Shown here one piece after another: positions 1-9,918 of a stretch of 64,000 nt of DNA; position 1 is the first letter of the stretch; every line of letters starts with the position of its first letter. This DNA is from Acidimicrobiia bacterium. Lineage in GTDB: Bacteria > Actinomycetota > Acidimicrobiia > Spongiisociales > Spongiisociaceae. Under the pieces are notes generated by a model that was not told the DNA's origin, ran no database searches, and was given only the letters and a program-made list of their open reading frames with translations. The stretch covers positions 1 to 64,000 of the forward strand of contig JBFGLM010000015.1 in the NCBI GenBank assembly GCA_041576165.1, written 5' to 3'. A program made the translations under genes and the position numbers.

Positions 1-598
1 TCGGAGGCTTGGTCGTCGACGTCGTCGGAGGCTCGGTCGTCGACGTCGTCGGAGGCTTGGTCGTCGACGTCGTCGGAGGCTTGGTCGTCGACGTCGTCGG
101 AGGCTTGGTCGTCGACGTCGTCGTGGGGCGGCTTCCCCTGGTCGTGCTCGGCTTCGGCGGCTTCGTTGTGCTCGACGCCGGCGAGCTTCCGGCCGCGACT
201 GCAACCACGCAGACGTGGACCGAGTCGATGGGCAGCTTGACGCCTGCGCGATTGGTGACCGTCAAACTCTCGAACGGCGCCTCGCTGTACCTCGCCAATG
301 CCGCTCCCGAACGCACCACGACCCGAGCCACCTCGAGTCCTGTCCGGACGGTCACATCGACCTCTGCCGCGGCTGGATAATCGACCGATACCCGGCCGTC
401 CGAAACGGCGCTGGGTCCTCCATCCGCGTCGGTGAACACTTGTGCGTGTACCGGGCAGATGCCGGTCGGTGCTGCGCCGCCCGTATTCATGACCATGGCG
501 GCGCGGCCGGTGAAGCCGGCCGTTACGAGAGCAATCCCGATGACGGTTCCGATCCCGGAGGCGCGTCTCCACCTTGGTGAACGTTGCTCTGCTGCCAC
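1..598 (-). CDS. Secreted or membrane-anchored protein with Thr/Pro-rich linker (partial, runs off left edge)
   Basis: Not in the ORF track because no stop lies in the window. Manual minus-strand translation from GTG at 598: MAAEQRSPRWRRASGIGTVIGIALVTAGF... (basic then hydrophobic N-terminus), open through TTSTTKPP repeats to the edge. Confidence 0.7.
   Translation of the reverse strand, partial: MAAEQRSPRWRRASGIGTVIGIALVTAGFTGRAAMVMNTGGAAPTGICPVHAQVFTDADGGPSAVSDGRVSVDYPAAAEVDVTVRTGLEVARVVVRSGAALARYSEAPFESLTVTNRAGVKLPIDSVHVCVVAVAAGSSPASSTTKPPKPSTTRGSRPTTTSTTKPPTTSTTKPPTTSTTKPPTTSTTEPPTTSTTKPP
3..122. repeat. 24-bp tandem repeat x5 (GGAGGCTTGGTCGTCGACGTCGTC), encoding TTSTTKPP on the minus strand
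   Basis: Units at 3, 27, 51, 75 and 99, with one substitution in unit 2 and no spacers. Confidence 0.95.
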
Positions 599-823
599 GA
601 CCTGCCCTTGCTTGGTTGCGTGGGGCCGGTCTCACCACTTCGCTCGCTGCGAACCGCACGGTGACCGGACTCGGTTCGCAGGTCGTCGCGTCCCCAGCAC
701 CACCGTACGAACGGCCGAATGCTCTGCCGGTCACATTTGGGCGTCTCACAGGGTGACTAGCGCCGACGGTCCAGATCGAATGTGCGCCACCGGCATCACC
801 CGTGGCCGTTCCGGGCCGGTCGC

Positions 824-1798
824 TCAGTCGAGTTCGGTTCGGATTGTGTCGACGATGCGATCAACCGACGGGATCGCCAGATCTTCCAGCGTCTCGGCCG
901 CCGGCAGAGGTATATGGGGCGTGGTGATTCGCCGGATCGGCGCGTCGAGATCCCAAAAACCTTCCGCGGCCACCAGAGACGCCACCTCTGCGCCCCATCC
1001 GCACAGTTGCGGGTTCTCCTCCACCGTGAACAGGCGACCGGTCTTGGCCACCGAACTCAAGACGGTCTGGGTGTCGAGGGGGACCAGTGTTCGCACGTCG
1101 ACCACCTCTACCGAGATTCCCTCACCGGCCAATCGGTCGGCCGCTTCGAGCGCCCGCGGCACCATGAGGGCAAGGGCCACGACCGTCGCATCGCTCCCCT
1201 CTCGACGCACCGTCGCAGTGCCGAGGTGCTCGACGTGCTCGCCGTCTGGCACGTTGCCTTTCGTCGCAAACAGTGATTTGTGCTCGAAAAACACCACCGG
1301 ATCGGGATCCCGAACGGCGGCCGCCATCAGCCCGACCACATCGGCCGGAGTGGAGGGTGCGACGACCTTGAGACCGGGGATCATCATCGTCCAGTTCTCC
1401 ACGCTTTGGCTGTGTTGCGCGCCAAACCGGGAGCCTCCCCCATTGGCCGTTCGGACGACGACCGGCACGCTCACCTGCCCATCCGTCATGTAACGAGCCT
1501 TGGCCATCTGATTGGCCACGATGTCGAAGCAAACCGCCAGGAAGTCGGAGAACATGATCTCGGCAATCACCGGGATGCCGGTCATGGCCGCGCCCATCGC
1601 AGCTCCCAGGATGGCCTGCTCGGAGATCGGCGTATCCCGCACCCGCTCCGGTCCGAACTCGTCCAAGAGCCCGACCGTGGTTTTGAACACGCCGCCGGCC
1701 GCAGCGATGTCTTCGCCCAGCATCACGAGGGCCGGGTCGCGTCGCATTTCCTGGGCAATTCCGGCGGCAACCGCTTCGCGGTAGGTCAGTTCCGCCAC
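824..1798 (-). CDS. 2-oxoacid/acetoin dehydrogenase E1 beta subunit
   Basis: GEDI..GGVF, DTPISE, AQHSQ and DPVVFFEHK motifs. GTG start chosen after GGAGG. Confidence 0.93.
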   Translation of the reverse strand: MAELTYREAVAAGIAQEMRRDPALVMLGEDIAAAGGVFKTTVGLLDEFGPERVRDTPISEQAILGAAMGAAMTGIPVIAEIMFSDFLAVCFDIVANQMAKARYMTDGQVSVPVVVRTANGGGSRFGAQHSQSVENWTMMIPGLKVVAPSTPADVVGLMAAAVRDPDPVVFFEHKSLFATKGNVPDGEHVEHLGTATVRREGSDATVVALALMVPRALEAADRLAGEGISVEVVDVRTLVPLDTQTVLSSVAKTGRLFTVEENPQLCGWGAEVASLVAAEGFWDLDAPIRRITTPHIPLPAAETLEDLAIPSVDRIVDTIRTELD

Positions 1799-2865
1799 GC
1801 CCACCCTCCGTCTGCGTAGACCTCCGTCAACAGCGATCCGGGGCGTGGCGGGGCGGCCGCTTTGGCTTCTTCAGTCGCCCGATCTACCGCCGCCGCAACC
1901 TCGCGATCAATCCCGGCCAGTTCCGCTTCACTCACCCCCAGCCGCAACAACCGGCGGTGGTAAAGCGGAATCGGATCCCGCTCCAACCACGCCTCGACTT
2001 CCTCTTGCGGGCGGTACGTCCCCGGGTCTGCTCGGGAATGACCACCGTGCCGATAGGTGGTCGCTTCGATCAGCGCCGGGCCCCCTCCCTCGCGGGCCCG
2101 CGCCAGCGCCGCCCGAGCAACCAGATAAACCGCGTCGGCATCGTTACCGTCGACGACGATGTTCTCCAGCCCATACGCACACGCCCGGTCGGCCGCCGGG
2201 TGCGGCACCGCAGTGATGTAATCGATCGGGGTGTATTCCATATAGAGGTTGTTTTCGCAAACGAATACAACTGGCAGGTTCCACACAACGGCCATATTGA
2301 GCGCCTCGTGAAAGGCGCCGATATTGGTGGTGCCGTCGCCGAAGAAGCACACCGTCACCTGATCAGTGCCGCGCATCTGCGCTGACCAGGCAGTGCCGTT
2401 GGCGATGCACAGGTGGGCTCCGATGATGGCGTATGAGCCCATCATGTTGCGCTCGGCGTGGGTGAGGTGCATAGACCCACCCTTGCCGCCCAGGATTCCG
2501 GTCTCACGCCCCAGCAGCTCGGCCATAACCGCCGTCATCGCCGCGCCCTTGGCGAGCGTGTGGGCGTGGCCCCGATAGGTCGCGAACACGTAGTCGTCGG
2601 GTCGCATAGCTGCGGCGAACCCGGCTGCGACCGCCTCCATGCCCAGCGAGAGGTGGCTGGTGCCCTTGACCAGGTTCTGCATGAACAAGTCGTACGCGCG
2701 TTTCTCGAACTGGCGCAGTTCTTGGAGCAGCCGGTACATGCGCCGGCGCGCATCGAGGTCGATGTCCGCCTCGTCCAGGCTTGCATCAGGCGGAGGGGGC
2801 ATGCGCGGCGCGCGAGTCGAATAGTCGTAGGCCTCTTCGCCGGCCGGCGGAGCGTCAATACTCAT
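1786..2865 (-). CDS. 2-oxoacid/acetoin dehydrogenase E1 alpha subunit (ThDP)
   Basis: GKGGSMH, ThDP motif GDG...CENN and YRHGGHSRADP. Overlaps the beta gene. Confidence 0.93.
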   Translation of the reverse strand: MSIDAPPAGEEAYDYSTRAPRMPPPPDASLDEADIDLDARRRMYRLLQELRQFEKRAYDLFMQNLVKGTSHLSLGMEAVAAGFAAAMRPDDYVFATYRGHAHTLAKGAAMTAVMAELLGRETGILGGKGGSMHLTHAERNMMGSYAIIGAHLCIANGTAWSAQMRGTDQVTVCFFGDGTTNIGAFHEALNMAVVWNLPVVFVCENNLYMEYTPIDYITAVPHPAADRACAYGLENIVVDGNDADAVYLVARAALARAREGGGPALIEATTYRHGGHSRADPGTYRPQEEVEAWLERDPIPLYHRRLLRLGVSEAELAGIDREVAAAVDRATEEAKAAAPPRPGSLLTEVYADGGWAWRN

Positions 2866-4108
2866 TCGCCACCATCAACTCTTCGCACGGGAACAATGTG
2901 GTCACCTGGGGGCCGTCGGCGGTGACCACCATCATTTCCTCGATCCGTGCGGCCGACCGACCGTCCTTGGCGGGCGCGTAGGTCTCCAGGGCGAAATACA
3001 TGCCCTCTTTGATTTCGATCGGGTCGTCCAGTGAGTTCAACCGGCTGATGATCGGCCGTTCGTGCAACCCCGCTCCCACCCCGTGTCCGAACTGCAGCCC
3101 GAAGGCATCCATCTCGTCGACAAAGCCGAACTCTTCCGCTCGCGGCCACACTTTGGCGATCATGTCCGTGGTGTTGCCCGGCCGGACCAGCTCGATGGCG
3201 GCGTCCATCCAATCTCGGGCCTGTTTGAAGGCATCCCGTTGGGCCGGGGTAGCCCGGCCGACCACAAACGTTCGGTAGTAACAAGTGCGGTAGCCGTTGA
3301 AGGCGTGGATGATGTCGAAGTACGCCTGATCGCCTGGCCGGATGATCCGGTCCGAAAAGACGTGCGGGTGGGGCGAGCAGCGCTCTCCTGCGATCGAGTT
3401 TATGGCTTCCACGAACTCTGAACCCATCTCGAAGAGACGGGCGTGCGCATGGCCGACCACGTCCGACTCCCGCACGCCGGGCTTCAACATCTCGAAGATG
3501 TCCTGGTAGACGCCGTCGACCATGGCAGACGCTTGGGTCAGCAGCATGAGTTCGTCTTCGTTCTTGATCTCGCGGGCATGCATCATCGCCTGTTGCCCGT
3601 CGACGACGGTCAGGCCCTCTTTCTGCAGCGCCAGGAACACCGACGTCTCGGCCATATCCACGCCCAGCGGCTCGCCGGCCACCCCGGCGTCACGCATCGC
3701 CGCTGCAATCTCCTGGGCGGCCCGCTGGTGCAACCCCGCTTCAGGACCGATCGCACCCTGCAATCCGGTGTTGCCTCCGATCGAATTCTCCTCGTTGTAG
3801 AGGTCAGGCAGTTGAAGCCGGTGCGCTTTCGCCGCCGACCCAAAGTCCCATATCTTCGGCGGATGGTCCCGGGTGATGAGCGCCCAGCGTTCACCCTTGT
3901 TGAACGCCCAATAGCCGATCGCCGTCGACGTTGTGTAGCGGATGTTCGAGGTCTCGAACAATAGGAGCGCGCCCAGGCCGAACGCCTCCATCTGGGCCCG
4001 CACCCGCGCATCACGGTGCGCCCGCATCCGCGGGTAGTCGACGCGATCTTCCCAGTCGACGCTCATGACACCGGGAGATGGCGTGGTCGCTACCGGAAAC
4101 TCGCTCAT
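2855..4108 (-). CDS. M24 (Xaa-Pro peptidase/creatinase fold) hydrolase
   Basis: NIRY N-domain, GHGVG..HERP, ALET and RIEE motifs. RBS GAGGAGG. Confidence 0.88.
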   Translation of the reverse strand: MSEFPVATTPSPGVMSVDWEDRVDYPRMRAHRDARVRAQMEAFGLGALLLFETSNIRYTTSTAIGYWAFNKGERWALITRDHPPKIWDFGSAAKAHRLQLPDLYNEENSIGGNTGLQGAIGPEAGLHQRAAQEIAAAMRDAGVAGEPLGVDMAETSVFLALQKEGLTVVDGQQAMMHAREIKNEDELMLLTQASAMVDGVYQDIFEMLKPGVRESDVVGHAHARLFEMGSEFVEAINSIAGERCSPHPHVFSDRIIRPGDQAYFDIIHAFNGYRTCYYRTFVVGRATPAQRDAFKQARDWMDAAIELVRPGNTTDMIAKVWPRAEEFGFVDEMDAFGLQFGHGVGAGLHERPIISRLNSLDDPIEIKEGMYFALETYAPAKDGRSAARIEEMMVVTADGPQVTTLFPCEELMVANEY

Positions 4109-4171
4109 GGTGCCTCCTCACCTCGGCCGGATGGTTCGACCAACGGCAGATCGATGCCCGGCCATCCAGGC

Positions 4172-4185
4172 CGCAATCGATTGGC
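4172..4185. promoter_or_regulatory. LacI-type operator site 1 (CGCAATCGATTGGC)
   Basis: Matches the recurring palindrome and lies upstream of the M24-E1 operon. Confidence 0.6.
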
Positions 4186-4313
4186 GCCCGTTTGACGGTC
4201 GATCGACGGCCAGCCGCTCCGATCTTTCCAGCGGCCCCATGGGGTGTCAAGCACGGTGCTCCACCCTCCTCAATATGGGAGCCAGGTTGAAAAATGCCGT
4301 CGACCGGTCCACA

Positions 4314-4329
4314 CTACAATCGTTTGCAG
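4314..4329. promoter_or_regulatory. LacI-type operator site 2 (CTACAATCGTTTGCAG)
   Basis: Identical 16-mer at 9873 and, inverted, at 49378. Follows a possible promoter TTGAAA(4287)-17-CACACT. Confidence 0.85.
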
Positions 4330-4428
4330 AGCAGCCGTCGCGCTGGCCCGCCCGCGGGACGCGCAGGGGAGGATTGACCCTCGCTTGTGCCGCGCCGGGT
4401 CCGACGCCGCTGTTTCAAAGGAGGCGAC

Positions 4429-5361
4429 GTGGCTGGAAGCGAGTTTGCCCATCGGGTCGGATGGATCGGCACCGGCAGAATGGGTTATGCGCTCGCAACC
4501 CGTCTGCTGCGCGCAGGGGTTGATCTGGCCGTCTACAACCGGACCAGGGCGAAGGCCGAGCCGCTGGCCGAACTCGGCGCCAAGGTTGTCGATGCTCCCC
4601 TGGATCTGGCCGACCGGGACATCGTCTTCACCATGGTGGCCGGCCCAGCGGACGTGCTCGAGGTGGCTCTCGGTGAGAATGGTGTCCTGTCCGCCGAGCA
4701 GCGCCCGTCGATACTGGTCGATGCCACCACCATCGACCCCGAGACATCGTCCTATCTCAGCGATCGCGCCGGCGAGCTGGGCACAGCGGTGCTGGCTGCC
4801 CCGGTGAGCGGAAATCCGAAAGTGGTGACCAGCGGGCGTTTGACGGTCGTGGCATCGGGTCCTCGCGAGGCGTACGAGAGTGCTCTCCCCTACCTGGAAC
4901 AGTTCGGACGCAAAGTCACCTACGTCGGCAGTGCGGATGAGGCCCGTCTGGTCAAGATCTGCCACAACCTGATGCTGGGGATCGTGGCACAGACAATGGC
5001 CGAGACCTCCGTGCTGGTCGAGGCGGCCGGTGTCAAACGCAGTGCGTACCTCGAGTTCCTCAATGACAGCGTCATGGGCTCGACGTTCACGAGGTACAAG
5101 ACCCCCGCCTACGTGAATCTCGACTACACACCGACTTTCACGTGGCACCTGCTCCGCAAGGACTTCGAACTGGGCTTGGACGCCGGCCGCTCCCTCAACG
5201 TCCCGTTGCCCGTTTCCAGTCAGGTTCATCAAATGATCATGGAAGGGATCGGGCGGGGTTTCGCGGAACAGGACTTTGCTGCTCTGCTCAGCAAGCATGC
5301 CGAAGACTCCGGGCTCAGCATCGAGCCGGAAGACGTCCCGGTCTCCGACGGACTCGACTGA
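4429..5361 (+). CDS. NAD(P)-dependent oxidoreductase, 3-hydroxyisobutyrate dehydrogenase family
   Basis: GWIGTGRMG Rossmann motif, APVSG and KICHN. GTG start after AAGGAGG. Confidence 0.9.
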   Translation: MAGSEFAHRVGWIGTGRMGYALATRLLRAGVDLAVYNRTRAKAEPLAELGAKVVDAPLDLADRDIVFTMVAGPADVLEVALGENGVLSAEQRPSILVDATTIDPETSSYLSDRAGELGTAVLAAPVSGNPKVVTSGRLTVVASGPREAYESALPYLEQFGRKVTYVGSADEARLVKICHNLMLGIVAQTMAETSVLVEAAGVKRSAYLEFLNDSVMGSTFTRYKTPAYVNLDYTPTFTWHLLRKDFELGLDAGRSLNVPLPVSSQVHQMIMEGIGRGFAEQDFAALLSKHAEDSGLSIEPEDVPVSDGLD

Positions 5362-5408
5362 TCACGTCACGCGACCGGCGTGCCCAACGCAACTGGAGGA
5401 ACGATTCA

Positions 5409-6866
5409 ATGAGTCTGCTGGCCGATCTCATCAAACAGGGTCACACGCACCTCACCATCGGCGGCCAGTGGCGTGAGTCGAGCGATGGCGCGACCATCGA
5501 AGTGCTCGATCCTGCTACGGCCGAACCGCTCGCCGAGGTCTCCAGCGGTAGCGAGGACGACGCTCGGGCGGCGGTGGATGCCGCAGCCGAGGCAGCGCCG
5601 GCCTGGGCGGCCACCCCGCCCCGCGACAGGAGCGAGATTCTGCGCCGGGCCTTCGAGATGATGTCAGCCCGGAGCGACGAATTCGCGGAGCTGATCGTTC
5701 AGGAGATGGGTAAAGCACTGCCGGAAGCCAAGGGCGAGGCCGCATACGCAGCCGAGTTCTTCCGGTGGTACTCGGGCGAGGCGGTCCGCAACATGGGAGG
5801 GATCCTGCGGGCGCCGGCGGGTGACAAGCAGATCATCTCCATCCATCAGCCCGTCGGCGTGTCGCTTCTGATCACACCATGGAATTTCCCGGCGGCCATG
5901 GCCACTCGCAAAATCGGCCCAGCCATCGCCGCCGGGTGCACGATGATCCTCAAGCCTGCGTCAGACACACCACTCACGGCGCTGGCGGTAGCGGAGCTGT
6001 TGGCCGAGGCGGGTCTCCCGCAGGGTGTCCTGAACGTGCTTCCCTCCAACCGTTCTTCGAAGGTCGTACCGATCATCCTTGCCGACGATCGGGTCCGGAT
6101 GGTCTCGTTCACCGGCTCAACCGAGGTCGGCCGGACGATCCTCGCAGAAGCCGCCAAAACGGTGGTCAACACGTCGATGGAGCTGGGCGGGAATGCGCCG
6201 TTCGTAGTGTTCGAAGACGCCGACATGGGAGCAGCCGTGGAAGGCGCCATGGTGGCGAAGATGCGGAACGGAGGTCAATCCTGCATCGCCGCCAATCGCT
6301 TCATCGTCCACGAAGCGGTGGCGGAGGAGTTCTCACGCCAGTTCACCGCAGCGATGGGCGCTCTCAAAGTGGGGCCGGGCCTCGAGGTCGGCGTCGAGCT
6401 GGGGCCCCTGATCAACCGGAGCGCCCAGAACGACATGTCCGAATCCGTCGAAATGGCGATCGGAGCCGGCGCCACCATTGCCACCGGAGGCGCGGCCCCC
6501 GATGCGCCTGGTTTCTTCTTCCAGCCGACAGTTCTGACCGGCGTCGGACCCGATGACCCGGTCCTCGACCGAGAGATCTTCGGTCCGATTGCACCCATCG
6601 TGACCTTCACCACTGAGGCCGAGGCGATTGCGGTCGCCAACGACACGATTCATGGGCTGGCCGGCTACGTCTACTCGCGTGATCTGGCGCGAGCGATGCG
6701 GGTTTCTGAGGCAATCGAGGCCGGCATGGTGGGCGTGAACCGGGGGCTGTTTTCCGATCCGGCGGCGCCGTTTGGCGGCGTCAAGCAATCCGGCATCGGG
6801 CGCGAGGGTTCGCGCGAAGGCATGATGGAATTCTTGGAGACGAAATACATCGCAGCCGGTTGGTAG
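5409..6866 (+). CDS. gabD: NAD(P)-dependent succinate-semialdehyde dehydrogenase
   Basis: ITPWNFP, FTGST, MELGGNAP, NGGQSCIA, EIFGP and PFGGVKQSGIGREG motifs. Confidence 0.88.
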   Translation: MSLLADLIKQGHTHLTIGGQWRESSDGATIEVLDPATAEPLAEVSSGSEDDARAAVDAAAEAAPAWAATPPRDRSEILRRAFEMMSARSDEFAELIVQEMGKALPEAKGEAAYAAEFFRWYSGEAVRNMGGILRAPAGDKQIISIHQPVGVSLLITPWNFPAAMATRKIGPAIAAGCTMILKPASDTPLTALAVAELLAEAGLPQGVLNVLPSNRSSKVVPIILADDRVRMVSFTGSTEVGRTILAEAAKTVVNTSMELGGNAPFVVFEDADMGAAVEGAMVAKMRNGGQSCIAANRFIVHEAVAEEFSRQFTAAMGALKVGPGLEVGVELGPLINRSAQNDMSESVEMAIGAGATIATGGAAPDAPGFFFQPTVLTGVGPDDPVLDREIFGPIAPIVTFTTEAEAIAVANDTIHGLAGYVYSRDLARAMRVSEAIEAGMVGVNRGLFSDPAAPFGGVKQSGIGREGSREGMMEFLETKYIAAGW

Positions 6867-7017
6867 CGAGAAGCCTGAGGGGTCAGCGGATAGGCCACTA
6901 TCTCGTCGGATGTGTGACCGATTGCTGCGCCACGACTGACAAAGCCTGCGTCACTGGAGCGTTACTGCGACGAACGCATGTCCAGTCGGATCGTGCCCCT
7001 GCCGATCCGCTGACCCC

Positions 7018-7509
7018 CTACGCCCCGGGTTGACGCACCCAGCGGACTTCCAGATTCACACCCGCATCGTTTATCAGATTGAAAACAGGGCAGCGTGCCT
7101 CCGTTTCGGCCACGACCTCGACCAGCCGCGCCTCGGTCTCGCTGGTTGTGACGGTCGCCTCCACCCGTACCGTTCGAAAATGCTGGGTCACCCCGCGTAC
7201 ACCCAACCGGCCGCGGATGTCGATGGTGAATTCGGCCTCGAATTCGATCTGCTCGTAACCGAACCCCATCTCGGCCGCAGTGCGGTGGAAGGTGACCGAC
7301 TCGCAGCCGCATAAGGCACCGAGCACCGCCTGCAGCGGCGAGGGGCCCTCTCCGGTACCTCCGTGGGCAACCGGTTCGTCGGTTGCGAAGTAGCCGTAGT
7401 CACCAAAGTCGATGTCGGTCATCATGCCGCCGTGGTTGACCGCCGTCACCATCTTCCGCCGAACAACCGGTTCGCTCACATCGAACGCGCTCTTCACCTC
7501 AGTAGCCAT
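7018..7509 (-). CDS. OsmC/Ohr-family protein
   Basis: DEP..HGGTGEGPSPL, ALCGC and RCPV. Start at MATEVK. Confidence 0.85.
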   Translation of the reverse strand: MATEVKSAFDVSEPVVRRKMVTAVNHGGMMTDIDFGDYGYFATDEPVAHGGTGEGPSPLQAVLGALCGCESVTFHRTAAEMGFGYEQIEFEAEFTIDIRGRLGVRGVTQHFRTVRVEATVTTSETEARLVEVVAETEARCPVFNLINDAGVNLEVRWVRQPGA

Positions 7510-7604
7510 CTCATCCTCACCGATCTCGGGTGGCGCTCTCTCAGCCCGGCTCATCGTATGGGCGCCACTGACGCTCAGCAAAAGTTTGCAGCTCGCGAGA
7601 AGAG

Positions 7605-8783
7605 TCAAGTTGGTGAGCGATCCAGCGTTTCGGGAACGAGAAACAGCACTCCCGCCCCCGCCACCAGCACCAGCAGCAGCAGCGGCACCGCCGCGGCCAG
7701 CCGGCCGCTCTGCTCGAACAGCGCCCCGGTGATGAGCGGCGCCGCCAAGAATGCGGCGTCTCCGGCGATCCGAAACACACCGAGGCGGCGTCCCAGGGGT
7801 GCTTCATCGGTGAGATCCGCGAGGATCGTGCTCCCCACATTCACGACGACTGACCCCAAGGTCAGCAGGAGCACTGCCAGCCACCATCCCGCCGTGGAAG
7901 TCATCAGCGCAAACGTCGATACACCGGCGAATTGGAGGACAATGCCCGGGAGCAAGGCCGCCCGGCGCGATACCTGATCCGAAATCTGTCCGGCAACCAG
8001 CGCTGCCACGAATCGGGCCATGCCGCCCACGCCCAAGCCCAGTCCGATGAGGGCGGTCGAGAATCCCAACTCTTCGGCGGCGACCAGCGGCAACAGGGTC
8101 TGGTAGAGGGCGGCGCCGATCCCGAACTGCACCGCGGGGAGCAAATAGATGACCGCCAGCACCAGCCGGGTTCCCCGTGGGTCGGCCGTCCCGACGGCCG
8201 GGAGCGCATCATCACCTGTGCGCAACGCTCGCGCCCGGGCGAACCCCAGCGCAACAACCAGTGCGGCCAGCGACCCGATGAAAAGGGTGCTCCGCCAATC
8301 GAACCTCGCCGACAGAGCTCCACCGGCGGCCGGCCCGATCGCCTGGCCGACGAGCATGGCTGCGGCAAACAATGACAGGTAGTGGCCGCGGCGAGCCTTG
8401 GGGGCGGTTGCGAAGAACGCGAACGAGGCCGTGAGCGTGGTGGCGGATCCGACTCCGAGCACGAATGCTCCCACGTAGAGAACGGCCAGGATTGGTGACA
8501 GTGCCATGGCAGCGCCTCCCAGCGCCACCACCAACGCCGCCACTGTCATCATCGCCCCGAGCGCGAACCGATCTGTGGCGCGGCCGGCAGGCAGATCGGC
8601 GGTGATTCGACCGAGCGCGAACGCGGAGGACAGGGCGCCGACCGCCACCGCCGACATGTCGAACTCGCGGGCCATGTCGACGACCAGCGGAGTGCGCATG
8701 AAGATGCCGACGGTCAGCAGGAAGACCCCGGCGCCCATCAGGCGGGCGCGTCGCACGAACACGCCCGTCGCAACGCCGTCCAT
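7605..8783 (-). CDS. MFS transporter
   Basis: About 12 hydrophobic segments with motif-A-like GRATDRF and GQISDQVSRR. Confidence 0.88.
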   Translation of the reverse strand: MDGVATGVFVRRARLMGAGVFLLTVGIFMRTPLVVDMAREFDMSAVAVGALSSAFALGRITADLPAGRATDRFALGAMMTVAALVVALGGAAMALSPILAVLYVGAFVLGVGSATTLTASFAFFATAPKARRGHYLSLFAAAMLVGQAIGPAAGGALSARFDWRSTLFIGSLAALVVALGFARARALRTGDDALPAVGTADPRGTRLVLAVIYLLPAVQFGIGAALYQTLLPLVAAEELGFSTALIGLGLGVGGMARFVAALVAGQISDQVSRRAALLPGIVLQFAGVSTFALMTSTAGWWLAVLLLTLGSVVVNVGSTILADLTDEAPLGRRLGVFRIAGDAAFLAAPLITGALFEQSGRLAAAVPLLLLVLVAGAGVLFLVPETLDRSPT

Positions 8784-8791
8784 GTGTGCGC

Positions 8792-9820
8792 TCAGTTCGG
8801 CGGAGGTGCGGTAGATGCCCGGACCGTCAGCATGGGTGCCAGCCGGATCGAAACGCCGCTGGGTGCGACCGACTCTCCCCCGATCATCGCCAGCAGGGCC
8901 GCGGCGGCCTCACGTCCCATCTGCCGGTAGGGCACTCGCACCGCCGTCATCGGCGGTTGCATCATGTCGAGGAGCGGGATGTCGTTGTAGCCCGTGACGG
9001 ACACGTCGTCCCCAACCCGCAGACCTGCTTCGCGGATCGCCCGATAGCAGCCCAGCCCGAGCAGGTCGTTGGCCGCAACGATCGCCGTGATCTCCGGGTG
9101 GCGGGCCAGCAACCGCCTGGCGGCAGCGAAGCCCGGCTCGACCTGGAACCGTTCCGCTTCTTCGACCCGGGCTGACGAACGCTCGAGCCCCAGCGTCTGC
9201 GTCCATGCCCGAAATGCTTGGGAGCGGGCCAGCCCCGTTGAGAACGTGACGGGGCCCGCCACGTGCCCGAGTTCGGTGTGTCCTAAGGACGCCAGGTGTT
9301 CAACTGCCAGCCCAATCCCGGCATGGTCATCCCCCAGGATCGAGGGCGCCGGCAGACCCTCTGCGGTCCGGTTGACCAGCACGATCGGCATCTCTCTGGC
9401 GACCATCTTTTCGATGGCAGGGTCATGACGCAGCGCAGTGGCCAGGATCAGACCGTCGACGTGGCGATCCACCATGTCGTCGATCACAGCCATGGCATGG
9501 GCTTCGCCCTGATCGGCGTTGCCGATCAACATCGAGTATCCCTCATCGATCAGCACCGACTCGACCCCGGCGATGATGGGCCCGAAGAGCGGGTTCTCGA
9601 CATCGGGAATGACCACTCCGACCGACATCGTCTGATTGGTGCGGAGGCCTCGCGCGAGCGGGTGGGGCCGGTATCCCAGTTTCTCGGCTGCAGCCAGCAC
9701 CCGCTCCACGGTCTGGTGGTTGATCACCGATTGGGTTGCGGGGTTCAGTGCTCGGGACGCAGTCGATACGTGTACCCCCGCCTCGGCCGCCACGTCCTTG
9801 AGCGTGATCCGTTCGGTCAT
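8792..9820 (-). CDS. LacI-family transcriptional regulator
   Basis: TLKDVAAEAGVHVSTASRALN HTH, hinge HPLARGL and sugar-binding domain with NDLLGLG. Confidence 0.96.
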   Translation of the reverse strand: MTERITLKDVAAEAGVHVSTASRALNPATQSVINHQTVERVLAAAEKLGYRPHPLARGLRTNQTMSVGVVIPDVENPLFGPIIAGVESVLIDEGYSMLIGNADQGEAHAMAVIDDMVDRHVDGLILATALRHDPAIEKMVAREMPIVLVNRTAEGLPAPSILGDDHAGIGLAVEHLASLGHTELGHVAGPVTFSTGLARSQAFRAWTQTLGLERSSARVEEAERFQVEPGFAAARRLLARHPEITAIVAANDLLGLGCYRAIREAGLRVGDDVSVTGYNDIPLLDMMQPPMTAVRVPYRQMGREAAAALLAMIGGESVAPSGVSIRLAPMLTVRASTAPPPN

Positions 9821-9872
9821 GTCGGCGGCCCTCCTCCCGGTTCTCCTCCCGATGGTCCAGCCGCCTACCAGA

Positions 9873-9888
9873 CTACAATCGTTTGCAG
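9873..9888. promoter_or_regulatory. LacI-type operator site 3 (CTACAATCGTTTGCAG), between lacI and the divergent operon
   Basis: Lies in the 98-bp divergent gap at the LacI gene, the usual autoregulatory position. Confidence 0.88.
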
Positions 9889-9918
9889 GCGCACCGTCGA
9901 TCCGCCCGGGGAGAAGAG

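Noticed and set aside
3-122. 24-bp repeats as a CRISPR array
   Set aside because: There are no spacers or cas genes, and the in-frame period encodes a Thr/Pro linker.
4314-4329. Operator as a CcpA cre site
   Set aside because: The similarity reflects the shared LacI-family core. CcpA is a Firmicutes regulator and a local LacI has a site at its own promoter. A genome scan is still needed to exclude a global regulator.
6913-6926. TGTGACCGATTGCT as an eleventh operator
   Set aside because: Only a half-site matches, and it lies between convergent genes.
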